Shown here: one piece after another, positions 24,880-38,507 of the stretch
How positions within the stretch are numbered: the first letter of the stretch is position 1
Layout of the letters: each line of letters starts with the position of its first letter
NCBI RefSeq assembly: GCF_006345805.1
Contig: NC_042998.1
Location: 112,964,002 to 113,028,000 of the forward strand
Direction of reading: 5' to 3'
Length of the DNA: 63,999 bases
Origin: Octopus sinensis
Lineage: Eukaryota
Notes under the pieces: generated by a model
The model's database searches: none
What the model saw: the letters and a program-made list of their open reading frames with translations, nothing else
What the model was told of the DNA's origin: nothing
Made by a program: the position numbers and the translations under genes

Positions 24880-26800
24880 TAATGGCTACAAGTAACCTTA
24901 GATGCCAAGAATACAACTAAGTATTCTAGCAGTCCCTAATAACATTGTTTTCTGGAGCTGTACCAAACTAGGTTTAATGCTTATTTCCTCTACCCATCTG
25001 TTCAAATCCTTACGGATAGTTCCTAATGCACATATAACTACAGGAATATAATTTACCCACATTTTTAGTAGTCTCTGTAACTCAATGGCTAGACCTTGGC
25101 ACTTTGCTATTTTCTCTATACCTCTCGTATTGACTTTTCATCATTTTGGGACTGTAAAGTCAATTATCTGTCACTTTCTATTCTCCTTGTCTATTATTAC
25201 TCAATCACGCCTTCTAGCTTCTATTACACCGTCCGTCTGAATGTTGAAGTCCCTCAACATCTTATATTTCTTACTATCTAGTACTTTACTAGGTTCATGT
25301 TCATACCATTTATCAGTATAGTCAAATTCTAGCTTTCTACATAAGTCCAAGTAGATTACTCTCCCTAGGTCATCTTATCATTTCTTGTATTCTTTCTCTT
25401 CTATCTTGCTACATTCACTTATCATATGAGTAACACTTTCCTTTTTTGAATTCCATAACCTACATTGGGCATCTACCTAGTTTTTGTCTATCTTAGCTTT
25501 TATCCAATTAGTCCTCAATGTTTGAACTTGTGCTGCTACTAACAAACTCAACCTTCCTTCCTGCAACCATAACCGTGTCTCAGTAATACTATTTCTTGCA
25601 ATTTTCTTTGGGAATCTACTATGCAAAGCGTTCCCCTGCCAGTCAGATAATCTTTCTTCTTTTTTTCTGTTTTTTAACTTCTTTTGGCTTTTTGGTTTCG
25701 CTATATTTTACTGTGACTCTAACAGCTCTTAATAAAATTTCTTCACTATTACCTACATAAGAGGCTATATCTACTCTAGCTAACTCCACGCAGTCTTCTA
25801 CTGATTTTAAACCTCCCCCACCTTCCTTTCTAGGTAAGTATAATCTTGCTACTCCTGCCATTGGGTGGAGTTCTCCATTCATATCGAATTCCTTCCTAGT
25901 TTTCCTGTCTAGATTTTCTAATCCAGATTTTGTCCAATCTGCAATAGTTGCTGAGTATCTAAGTAATGATACTGCCCAATTATTTACACCCTTCACTAGA
26001 TTCGCACCATTTAGCTTTGACTTCATTAATTTCCTCCCTCTTCTGATGTACTCCTCAATTTTCGTTTTTAATTCTGTAGTTAGTACTCTATCAGATTCTA
26101 ATACTCTTCTAGATACTTATAACTTTCCTTCTTTCAGTAATTTTAATGTCTGGCCATCTGGTAATAGGATGCCTTCACTGTTGACTACCTGACCCTTTTT
26201 CATGACTAATATTGCACAAATTCCATGCCTATATCTTTGCTGAAGAGTCTTACAGTTTGTATTAAGCAATCTATCTCTTTTTTATTCTTACTAAAAAGCT
26301 TCAGATCATCCATGTAGAGCAAATGGTTTATATTTCCTTTACTATTTCTGAACTGATACCCGTTCCTTTGCCTTCCTGAATACTAAACAGAGGGGGATCA
26401 AACACAAGACAAATATTAAAGGGGATAATGAGTCCCCTTGGAAAATTCTTCTTTTGATATTAACTTTCCCCAAGACTGTATCACCTGATTAGAGATCTAC
26501 TTCCCATTTCTTCATACTAAATCTAATTAGTTTTCTTGTCTGTTATACTGAATATACTCAAACATTCACTTATCTATGAGTGTGGGATTATGTCATAGGC
26601 TTTCTTAAAATCTATCCATACTATTGTTGGATTTTTTTCTAGCTTTTACTTCATTTAGAATTGCTTTGTCTATATATAATAGATCATGCGTTCCTCTAGC
26701 CTTCTTCCTGCAACCTTTCTATTCTTCTGACAGTAAATGTTGGTTGTCAAGGTGCTTATAAATGCTTTCTAAAAGCATTCAGTCATACACAGGCGAGACA
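24880..26800 (-). mobile_element. Second R4/Dong-like RLE LINE, decayed
   Basis: WIDFKKAYD, IFQGDSLSPL, NHLLYMDDLKLF, RLYLPRKEGGGGL and a CCHC region. Confidence 0.88.
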
Positions 26801-29214
26801 AATCACTCCACCTTCCATCCAAAATTTTCTTTATATTTGTAAAAAATCTATGTTCGTTGATGTTATTGTATCGAGGTGGCTATAATAAATCTTTCACAAT
26901 GGAATATCCTGTGAAATTCATTCTTAGTTTCTTGAAGTTATTTCCCCATGTTCTTTGATATCCGCTACTCCAATTAAAAATTAAATTTTAATTTAGGGTT
27001 TTTTGTTGTTTTATGCTGTTTTTCAGTGGTCCACCACTTGAATTTTCCTAATCACTCAGCCATACCTGCACCCTTATTGATATCAATTTCTAATATTGGT
27101 TCTGCTTCTATGATTTGTCAGGAAATAATATTGGTATTATTTTCACTTACCTAATCGCTCCTTGTGAGATGGAAAATAAAATCAATTTCGGCATGAACAC
27201 AAAGAGACATGTTTAGATAAATATTGATTCCTAAAAGAAGACATCTCGTCTCGAATCCAGGTGAAGGATGTAGTTGATAGATTCTTGTTGCTGTGGATGC
27301 TGCTGCTGCTGTTGTTGTTTGTGGTGGTGGTGGTGGTGGTGGTGGTATTTAACTTCTGGTCAACCCTGATTGAACAGATTTGTGATTGTAGGCATTCTAA
27401 CCATGAATATTCCATCATTTTCCTAAACAGAGAACACCCAATACCATATAATTTTGTATGCTCTTCTTTTCTAACACAATAGGGAGATTTTGAGAATAAC
27501 CACGTACAGGTTCCTTTGTTGGCTTGACTCAGGACACGTTATTTAAACTTTATGTCAGCTCCGAGCTGACCTAAGATCAAAGGCATTTCAACCTTGTCTA
27601 TCCAATAATTTAAGACACAGTGCATCCAGGGCCATGTTGCGTTGGTTTACATATTTAAGACAGCAGAGTGTGATTTAAAGAAGATTTTTTTGCTATTTCT
27701 GTCAAACATTCACAACACAGATGATGTATTTTAATAGTGTTCTAACAACTAAATAGTTTACGGTTTACAATATTATAGCATTTAAAATAATTTTGTTATT
27801 CAGTTGGTTGATTAAGACAATTGATACTTCTCATTCACAATGCATGGCAATAAAAATAAAGGCCTGGAAGCCTAATTAAAGAGGAAGTCAAGCCAAAAAC
27901 GGAACCTCTGAGTACTCATAAAACTTGCTAGAAATAGCTGCCAAAATTCTCTCAACTCACACTATCTTTAGGAAGGAAAGATTATCTTTTGTTTAGACAT
28001 TGGGTAATGTGCTCAGAGATGCACAATGTCTGGACAAAACATAGGATAATCACGGCTTGGATGCCTTTGTGATTCTGTTCATTGACCCTTGACTAAACAA
28101 CAACATTTTATATTATAGTTATGATATATATATATTTTTTAATTCCTCACTTTCAGTGTTAATAACTTTGGGATCAATAGATTTAAGCTTCATTTAACGC
28201 TGCAGAAGTAGATTTCTTGAATCAAATCTTTATCTAGTACACTGTAAGCATACATAAAGTTTATGGATTGGATTTGTTTTTACCTCTTAGTAGAATTGGA
28301 CGAAAATTATTGTTTAAAAGAATACTTTGAAGACGTATATGTTATATACAAATTAGATTGTATTTAGATTTTGACACTTATGTTATAAAGTTTTGAAATA
28401 AAAGTTGTAGTCAAGCATGCTAACTAATTTCATTACCGTCTACTTGTTTAAGAATGTCTAAATGTGAAAAGGAAGTAGAGCAAAATACTAAGTAAGGATT
28501 CGAACCCAACCGCAAGATATTCAGTTTGGGATTACGATTAAGCAATCACAGTTTCATTCGATTGATCTATAAATCGGTCAATTAACAGGAAGCTTTGGCG
28601 TGACTTGGTTCTTTGGATGATCTAAAAGTCGCCCTTTTTTCGCAATATAAAAACCGCTTGACACCTAACTAAGCCAGATGGTTTCGAGCATTCGCGTAGA
28701 CCACCTTGGGCAAACACAGAAGGCAGACCGCTTATACCAGACCACGTCAGACATTCGGACAGAATACCTCGAGCAAGAAACGATTTCGGACACATACGAT
28801 GGATTCCAGTTAGCCTTCTACAAGATACAGCGTGGTTCTCTCCTCCTAGTCGGCGGTTATATTATCAGCACTTTTCTTTTGTAGACAGTTAACGCAGCAA
28901 ATCATATCCAGCAATAAATATGTTAAAAGTTCGTGAGTCGCTTCATTTATTATACGCGCAGCCAGCTAGACCACAGGATGATGGTCTTTAACAAGACAAT
29001 ACATACCAACAAACGAACATCACAACAATGAAGATCAAACATCCTTAGGTCTCTAGTAAGGACCACGATGAAAAGTGTCGTATAAAAATAATATTGAACA
29101 GATCGTCAACTTGTTTAAGAAAAAGCTAAATTCGAAAGGAAAGTAGGCAAAAATGTTAGTAAGGAATACAGCGAAAAATGTCGCTCAAAAACACTATTGA
29201 ACAAACAGTATTTA

Positions 29215-29260
29215 AAATTATGGCGGCTGCAAATATACGTCATAGGAAAATTGTGACGTT
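29215..29260 (+). promoter_or_regulatory. Possible TSSK proximal promoter motifs (YY1-like ATGGCGGC and two CRE half-sites)
   Basis: atggcggc ~29220, cgtca 29238-29242 and tgacg 29254-29258, about 150 bp upstream of the ATG in CpG-retaining DNA. Motif matches only. Confidence 0.3.
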
Positions 29261-29399
29261 GTGAATTGGACTGTAGACATACTGTATGGAAAACATTAAG
29301 AATTGGGGGGAAAAGGAACGGGTGTTACATCACCTTTTCTATGAATTAGTAGTTCGTTTATTTATTTATTAATATATTTTTCTTAATGTAATTACCAAA

Positions 29400-29595
29400 A
29401 TGCCTTCCCCTCAGAGAAAACGAAAGGTAACACCGTTTACCACACTGCTTAATTTTGTGCCTTATAAGAAACCACTGAATTATGTTCATTCTGACCTAAA
29501 ACAAAGCACGAAAAGTAGCACAAGAAGTGGAAGCAATCAACCTACATATCGTCAAATTCTAAGTGACCACAACTATTCCTTGATAAAATCTTTAG
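29400..29595 (+). CDS. TSSK: Testis-specific serine/threonine kinase-like gene, coding exon 1
   Basis: caaaATG start; translation ends ...QILSDHNYSLIKSL-G followed by donor G|gtgag (phase 1), which joins exon 2 in frame to give LGSGSYSKV. Confidence 0.88.
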
Positions 29596-30511
29596 GTGAG
29601 TTTTTTTTTTTTTGTACGAACAAACCTATGTACAATTCAAGAACAAACTTCTGTACATTCACAACGCAGTCATGTGTTCAAATGCACACACCTTACACAC
29701 ACAAACACACGAATATACGCACAAGCACATAGTATGTACACATGTAAAAATACAAAAACGTATTCTAACATACAGATACATTAATAAATAAAAGAATGCT
29801 TGCGCGAATGTACACATGCATATAGACATGCACATCCATCCATACACACGAATACACACATTTGTTTATATAATCATTCAACTACGGTATATCAGAATTT
29901 GTCGCTAATTCAATTCTTAACCAAATGGAAAACTAGCATTGTTGAAGAGGACTAGTCACTAGCTACATTTTGGCATTAAAAAAACTGAGATTTGGTCCAG
30001 TTGAAAAAAAAAGTTTACATCAAAATTTGTAGCTACGTTATAGGAGAGTAAGTAACGCCACCAATCAAGTTTAGATCTAAATAACTTTTTTTATTTTAAA
30101 AGCAAAATATATTTATTTTAGATTCGATGATTGAAGAAAGCATGAGGAATTTTATAGTTTTGGTCCCATGCAACAAAAATTTGTATAAAAAATGTTGTAA
30201 GGTAAAATATCACGAAAAAATATAAGTAAGGCAAAGTGTAATTAACTTTTTTTATTTTAAAAACAAACTATAGTTTAATTAAGCTTAAATGATAGTGCTT
30301 AATTCAAGGAATTTCATGCAATGCAGTTTTGAAAGAAAAAAGTTATGAGTGTTTTTTTTCTCAAATTTGAGGGTGATAATATAGCTCTAGGGGGCTTTTA
30401 ATATATATATCACCGGCATCATTGAAGTGAGGAAAAAAATTATCAACGCCACTGCTAATTGACACATTTGACACATCATTAATTAGCATAGCCTGCAAAA
30501 AACATGGGTTA

Positions 30512-31703
30512 CATGGAAAAATACGAGCAAGAGAAATAATATTCTTAAGATTATAAATGTGGAAAAATACAGGACAGGTTATTACACTTGGAAAAATTCC
30601 GGACAAGATATTATATCTGGTACCATCATTTTGTTAAAATATTGACACACTAGAATACTTAAAAAAATTCATTATGTAAAAAATAGGCATAGGGTCAAGA
30701 CTAAAAATGTGAAAACTTAGGCAATAACTCAAGCAAATCTTACTGTGAATTTGTTCTTATAGGTAGATTTTACTGTAGACAACGCTATTCAAAAGAAGAT
30801 TTGTTTTTTCTAGCTCAGAGCTGAGAAAACTAAAAAGGAGAGTACAGGGGACGGTCGAAAACGCCAGCTTCTGTATGTAGCTGAAACGGGAAGACCAAAA
30901 ATGGCTTGAAAGTCATAACATGCTGGCAGGAAAATAACATCACTAGGTGAGACAAGCTAACACTGAATTAGCATCGCTGATTGACAGGCGACGGTCTCGT
31001 TTAGAAAATGGTCAGTTAAAGTTGAGACAGTGTCACGTGACGACTTGTTGGGGCTGCCTGCTGGAGCCTGGCAGCAGGTATTTAAAGGGAAAGAATTTGA
31101 CTAGGTAGTCAGTCGCCCGCTGAATCTCGTTGACGCTACATCGAAGAGGCCAGGGAACAGAAGAAAGAAGACATGCACCCAACACCAGAGCTGAAGGGTG
31201 GGGCGCCACGTCAAAACGGTAGAGGAGTAGGGGCCGGTGGTTCCTCCTGATGATGTCTTGAGCTACTTGGATCCTATAAAGGAGCTGTTGTGGTAGCAAG
31301 CCACGAAATACGGTTGAAATTCCTAATTTTTTTTATTATTCTATTTATTGTACTAAATAATTATGTTCCACTATCATTTTTTACAACCTATTTTCAAATT
31401 TCTAATTTTTAATTAATAATTTAAAAAATGAATTTTTTTAAAGTGCAAAAAATATTTTTATTGAGTTATTTTTAATAGAAGTTACAAGTAATAACAAATA
31501 GAAGTAATAACTTGTAATAATTTTTTTTGTTTTAATAAAAGCTGATATTTTCTAAATCTAAATATTTGAAATTTTACCTTAGCTGCAGTAGTTTAAGTAA
31601 ACATTTTCTTGTTCTGTTCTTTACTAGATGTAATAACTTGTCCTGAACTTTTCCAGATTTATAATCTTAAGAATATTATTTCTCTTGCTCGTATTTTTCC
31701 ATG
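30512..31703. mobile_element. Non-autonomous DNA transposon with ~75-bp TIRs (CMC/EnSpm-like termini)
   Basis: catggaaaaatacgagcaagagaaataatattcttaagattataaat... is inverted at 31630-31703; flanked by TA on both sides. Confidence 0.85.
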
Positions 31704-31829
31704 TAATTATATATGCGTGTGTGTGTGTGTACGTGAATGATATGTATGTTATCGGCCACACATACTTGTCGATAATGTTTACTACACTTGCAGTACTTCT
31801 AATTCATACTTGAACATATATATATATAG

Positions 31830-31995
31830 TTGAAATTTACAGAAAAACAAAGGACGAAGAGAGGTGTATGAACAACAAGCAGGTGTATTAGTTTGACACT
31901 AGGGAAAATGAGAGAGTCTTTTACGTTTCGAGCCTTCGCTCTTCAACAGAGAGGAATAAGAGAAAATAAATAGAGAGAATAAGAAAAAAACTTGT
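31830..31995 (-). mobile_element. Short pLTR-like repeat with hammerhead-like motif (31918-31953)
   Basis: Minus strand reads ctct-CTGTTGAA-gagc(gaag)gctc-GAAA-cg-TA-aaag; flanked by (TA)n; same family as 11987-12110. Confidence 0.6.
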
Positions 31996-32034
31996 GGATT
32001 TAGCGGTCAAGTTATATATATATATATATATATA

Positions 32035-33282
32035 TTGGATAGGAAAGAAAGTAATTTCGGTTTTTTAGTGTGAAATAAAAGTCATTCATTTTTCATACAA
32101 AGAATGAACTTTAATATATTATATATTTTTTCTTTTGTTCGATGACCTTTTGCCATCTTTCTAGCAACTTCATGATTCCGCGCTCCTAGAACTTCTGGTC
32201 CTTATCAGCCAAAAACTGAAGCAAGTGTGATTTCAGGTCATCCTCATTATTGAATGTTTTACCATTCAAAGAATTTTGCAAACTTCGAAATAAATGGTTA
32301 TCTGATGGTGCAAGGTCAGGGTTATATAGTGGATGTGACATCACTTCCAAACCAAGCTCCAATAATTTTTCACAAGTTAGCAAAGACGTGTGTGGTCTAG
32401 CGCTGTCGTGGTGGAACACAATTCCTTTATCATTTGCCAATTCTGGCCGTTTTTCTTTGATTGCATCCTCCAGTTTCATTAGTTGTTGACAGTAAACATC
32501 TGAATTGATCGTTTGGTTCCTTGGAAGCAGCTCAAAATACACAACACCTTTGTAATCCTTGCATGCCCTATTTTTTATGCATTTCAGCTTTCGATTGGTT
32601 TGTGCTGGAACATGATCGTTTTCGATTAATGTTATTGTAGACAATCCATTTTTCATCACCAGTAATTATTCATTTCACAAAAAGGTCGATTTCATTGCGT
32701 TTAAGATGCATATCGCAAATATTGATTCGTTGTGTTAAGTGAATCTCTTTCAATTTATGTCGAACCCAAATATCGAGCTTCTTAACGAATCCGAGACATT
32801 TTCAGTGATTTTCAATTGTTGTGTGTGATAAATTTAACCTCTCTGCAATATCTCGCACAGTCATATGACAATCATATTCAATTATGGCTTTGATTCGGTC
32901 ATCATCAACTTCAGTAGGTCGATCAGAACATTGGTCATCTTTGAGTGAAAAATCTCCAGAATGGAATTTTTTGACCGTTTCTGACATGTGCGTTCTGTTA
33001 AGCCATCAACACCATAAGCTTAACATATCTCTGTGAGCCTCAGCAGCTTTCTTGCCTTTATGCAAAATATGATGAACATGTTCGTTTTTGCTCTTCATGT
33101 TAAAATTAATACTGAAGTAGCAGCTGTAAACAAAATTACATGCAATTTGCTTCTGAAGTAAGCTAAAAGTAACGGCTATCAAATGACAAAAGGAAAAAAA
33201 TCTTAACCTTGACAAAAGTCATTCAAAAAAATCGTAACTCTCTCTATTTGCGAAAAACGAAATTACTTTCTTGTCAAATCAA
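32035..33282 (-). mobile_element. Full-length decayed mariner transposon
   Basis: TIRs ttggataggaaagaaagtaatttcg / cgaaattactttcttgtcaaatcaa in TA tracts; HHDSARPH and HPLYNPDLAPSD motifs. Confidence 0.93.
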
Positions 33283-36200
33283 TATATATATATATATATC
33301 TTACTCAACGAGGGTATATTGAGAGAAAAGTATAATACTATGGTAGTCGTCTTCAGAAGATATCTCTTTTAGATGTATAGTGCTAAAAAACACAGAAATA
33401 TCAATAGCAGACGAAATGTGTCCAGCAGTGGTGGTGTAGTTGCTAGATCAGGTGATTTCAACACATTTGTGGGTCATCGGTAGCAGCTATCCACTATCAC
33501 CGCCTGTTTAGACAATTTTCGTATCAACTGATGTATAGAAAAACAATGAGAAATCAATCACTGGTGTCACAAAAAGCTGGCAAGTTGGGTAAAAATTCGT
33601 TATTAGCAACTAAAGCACTATTAGTACCAAAAACCAATCTGTAAACTTACTTAACGTGAATGTACTAAAAGAAAGCCACAATACTGCGGTATTCGTTTTA
33701 AGAAGGCATCTGCTATAGATGTATATGCATACACACACATGAATGTTTGTGCATGCGTATGTCAGTCTGAATGTATGTATGTATGTATAAATGCATGTAT
33801 TAAAACAAGAACAATAAATAGAATTTATACTAATTTCTATATAGTTAAGTCTAGAGAGAGGAGCTGTGTGCATGGCCTTAACAAGCTTTTTGAGACCAGT
33901 GAACTGAAGTTGTTAACGTTCCGTTCTAACTCTCACAAATCAACGACTGCAGGAAAGATATGTGAGAGGATGGGTATATCCGATGATTCAAAGAGAAAGA
34001 CCGGACTGAATAATGAGCGCCAAACAACTGGGACGGAGTGTGACAAAGCTTGGAGAAATTGCACCAGACAGCTCCGAGGAGCCGTGAGAAGGAACAACAC
34101 GTCTATGGGTAACCAACTGGAGTTTGTCTGTGAGTGATGCTAATCAATCAAATGACCTTTCTTTGGATGCGATCTAGGTCGGTCGGTGTGAGTTGCAGTA
34201 GAGTGCCCTAGATGTGGGAACAGTATTCCTTTATCAGTTTCACTTGAGCTTCATAGAAGTTGATAGCTGATGTATTTTCTAGATCTGAAGAGAAAGGCCA
34301 AACTTAGAGATGTAGACTATATGTCAAGATTGTGCCTCCTTAAGATATATTCCCTATTTGCAAAAAAAAAAAGAACGGGCAATATACCTAAGAATTTGGT
34401 CAAATAAGGCTTAGACATTTAACCCAGTAAAACAAAAACAATTAAAAAAAGGAACAAGAAGGAAGTGAAACAGCTTTAAATTATATATATTGTGATCATC
34501 AATTTTACTTTTATTTTCACTTTTCATTTAGGATGTAGTGTGGCATATTTAAAATAGTAGATAGCACCACTATTTAGATATTTATAGCATAGCTAGGGTA
34601 GTAAATTGAACTATTTAGATATTTATAGCATATTTAAATATGCTATAAGTTAAGATAGTATTGACGTACTTAGAATCGTAAAGGTTTAGTTTCCTTACCT
34701 TTGGCTTCGAGAGCCTTTAACGGAGTTAATTCATTTACAAGCATTTATACAGAAGTCACGTTTAGCTCCCAGCCCATGTTTTTTTTTTTTTTACCTGGCC
34801 TTCAGCTGTTTTAACTGTGAGTCAGCTGAATTAATATCACCAACCTGTGGGACCTACAAAGGTTATAGGCATTGATCTTTCTCCTCAACTAACTTATAAA
34901 TTTAAAAGATGGCTCCTAAACCGGTCAAATGTTCCAATAAATCGAAACCCCAGGTCAAATGTTTCAAGAAATCGAAACCCCAATCTCAAGTGCAAAGGAC
35001 CGAATATTATGACAATTAGGAATAGAAACGAATATAAAATTATTCTCGGTCCCGAAAATGTTCATAATAGTAGTCAGAAATATTTCTAGGAATTTGCGTT
35101 GTTGTGGCGTTGCTATTTGAGTCAAAGTATAACATAGTTTGTAATTGATTGATACTTCCGAACTTTCTGAGCAAACAAAAATTTAATCCAACATTGTTAT
35201 TCTACAAATTATTAACAATAATAAATTTTATAATGACATATATATTTTATTAGCTATGAAAACTTGTCTGGTTCGAATCACTTGCGTGCTAGAGTGTGTG
35301 CCACCCGGGGCGGCCTTTCCGTTTGCCTCCCCCCGGACTCCACAAAAAGCACATTGCCTACAGCAGACCCAAAAGTGGTGCTGCCCGGAGCTGTAATTTT
35401 TTTTCCCACGGGAGTTCCGGACCCCAGTAATGAACTCATTTGGATACAGCCCATCAGAGCTCCTCGTGACCTTGTCAGGTTAACAAACACACTCTACCAA
35501 GTAAACTCAAGACGAAGATCGATGTTGTAAATCGACCGATCGCCAAGTTATGCCTGATTTTAGAAAGAGACAAGTAATTAGATAGATTTGCATCTATACC
35601 TATTATCGGATTTTGTTAGGGCCCCATAAGGTAAAGATGTAGATGGGAAAAATGTGGATAGAGGGTAATGTGCTAGCAACCCTCTTCCCTTGCTACTTTA
35701 CAAAGTGAACAGCACAAATAACTACACAGAGGCAGCCATGGTTGAAACAAGAACAACAACAAGCATTCTTAAAAGAGAAAAGAAGTATGATCATTCCTTA
35801 CCCAAGAGATCTTATATTATCGTCCATCACTTGTTATGCGCTCATTAATTAGTTTGATGGTTGAGCTCTGATTGGCTGTGTGCAAATGAGTTGTTCATAA
35901 CTGGAGTCCGGAACTCTCGTGGAAAAAAATTTCGCGCTCAGGGTGGACAGGCCCTACCACCACCACCCCTTAGCTATGCTAGTAGTTCGAATTAACCACC
36001 TATTCATCTCAAGCGACGTTAAAGAGTTTTTCTCTTTTTTGTATTTCTCAGAAAATTCTTTATCATCTTGGTTCTTATCAAGTTCACGCCTGAAATCATG
36101 TAATCTTTGAACTGTTTCAGGACTGCCGCTAGTCACAGTGCCGTTGCTCACTTCTACGTCTTAACTAACCACTATCATCATTAGAAATTATATCAAATTT

Positions 36201-36621
36201 CTGTAACTGTCGATTCGCTCAGAATTTTTCTTTTCTACAATTAATAACAATTACGTAATTTTAAATTTGATTACCATCTGATATCTCACATTTATTAAGT
36301 ACATTACTTGGTTCTCTCCTCCTTGACAGCACCCTTTCTTAACAGATACCAGTTTCTACGAATCCTTTCAAGAACAGATGATTTCTTATTGATGACAGAC
36401 GTGATTTCAATTGTGATTATTACGGTTAACATTTCCTCCCTTCCTCTCTCTTATCTTTCTCTCTCACATACACATTCAAGCACACATATACACACATGCA
36501 CGCATATACGTACGCAACACATACACGTACGCACGTACACGTTCCTATACACATACGCACATATACACACATACACGTACGCACATACACACACTCATGC
36601 ACATACACACTTAAAGACAGA

Positions 36622-36790
<169 letters not shown>

Positions 36791-36899
36791 CATCGTAACG
36801 TATAATCATATATCAAAGCTTTCTCTATCTTCGGAACAGTGAAGACAAATCATACATCTTAAGTGTGGTTTTATACACTATATTTTGAAATCTGTTAGT

Positions 36900-37560
36900 G
36901 ATTTTCTAAAGTGATACAGGAGGAAATAGATACTCTTCGAATATCACTGGAAATTTTTCATGCAATCCAATAGAGTTCACAATTTTGCTGTTCTAAAGAA
37001 TAAAATGATTGTTGCTAAATATGTGGCTAGCAATATCTATCTAATGTTAGGCTCTCAGACATTCTTTAATACAGTTGTAAAAGTCTACTGGTCTTTAGTT
37101 TTCAATATAAACTTTGATTACGTCTTGTACATTTCAGTAATTCACAAGTCTTTCCATTGTGCCAGTAGAATACCTTCCCTTAATGACTTATTGTACAGGA
37201 TAGCAAAAGGATGATTATGAACATAAGTTAGTTTCTATCATAAGTATGAATGTCACCAATCCGGATTAATGCCTTATCTGTGAGTAACACCTTATATTTC
37301 ATACGATATCGATATCAATTAAGGTTGTTCTTCAAACAGGTAATCGTGGTTGAGTCATAAATCTTTGATTCCGGGACATTTCTTAGGAACTGGTTCGAAG
37401 AAAGTGTTTTATTTCCTGGAGAAGCAGCGAGGCATATTCGGAAATTTTAGTCTGGTCTTCAACACAGATTGGATGTACATTCAGAGAGATATGGAATTCT
37501 ATTCTATGTTTGAGGTTATATTCATTTCAAATCTACGAGCAGGTTGCGCTATATTAATTA
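36900..37560 (-). mobile_element. Decayed CR1-like LINE fragment (pre-RT region)
   Basis: Minus strand reads PFAILYNKSLREG...QWK; homologous in inverted orientation to 42640-42810. Confidence 0.55.
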
Positions 37561-38127
37561 GATCGCTTGTTTAAGTACAGTATAGTAATAGATTACAAGT
37601 ATGAATACAAAATAGATGACATAGACTGATAGCACAAGTTAGTTGAGAAATATAATACTCCAGAGACATCATCTGTATGAAAGACAGAAATTAAGTTAGT
37701 GTTAACAAAAAATTAATGCAAGGAACACTAAAAAGCTCAGTCTGAAAATCCCGGATTGCCACAGTTGTGTATTTTTTAAATACCGTATTTACACAATTGT
37801 GGAAGTTTTAAAACTGCCCTGCTTGTCTTGCTTAGTGTCCAATTAGTAAGACAACTAATTGTTTTTATCGTCTTTCTTTTGTATTAGACTTTTCCTGATA
37901 GAGAGCCAGGTTCATCAAATCCATGTGTATCTGTATACTATTGCTGTTTAGTTGATTTGACATGCAACACTCTCAAAACAGTGTCGTATCAATAAATATC
38001 TAGTCCTATACAAAAACAGCTTTCGAAATGAACAGGGAAGGGAGGGAAACCTGAAAAAACATTGACTGGCCTCCACTCAAAAGGTTCCTGAATAGGGGTT
38101 GTTTAATGATGTTGAACAAAACACCAC

Positions 38128-38209
<82 letters not shown>

Positions 38210-38384
38210 TAAGGCGGTGAGCTGACAGAATCGTTAGCGTGCCGGGCAAAATGTTTGACGGCATTTCGTCCGTCTTTGTTTTGAGCTCAAATTCCGCCGA
38301 AGTCGTCTTTGCTTTTCATCCTTTCAGGGTCGATAAATTAAGTACAAGTTGAACGCTTAGGTCGATGTAATCGCCTAACCCTCT
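38128..38384 (+). mobile_element. (ATT)n tract followed by tRNA-derived SINE with Nin-type core
   Basis: aaggcggtgagctgacagaatcgttagc...aaattccgccga...ttcatcctttc.gggtcgataaattaagta; same family as 60279-60495. Confidence 0.85.
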
Positions 38385-38507
38385 GCCAGCTGGTTTTCGA
38401 TGCAACGTTCGGGCACCCTTTATCTCATATAAATAAATGCGAAAACTAATTTCTGTGTGTCAGTGTGTCATACTTTGACCCCCTCTCTCACTATTCAATG
38501 ACACTTC

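Noticed and set aside
35264-36151. Short ORFs in GC-richer intronic DNA (35264-35530, 35954-36151)
   Set aside because: No recognisable motifs or convincing splice sites; probably unidentified repeat remnants.
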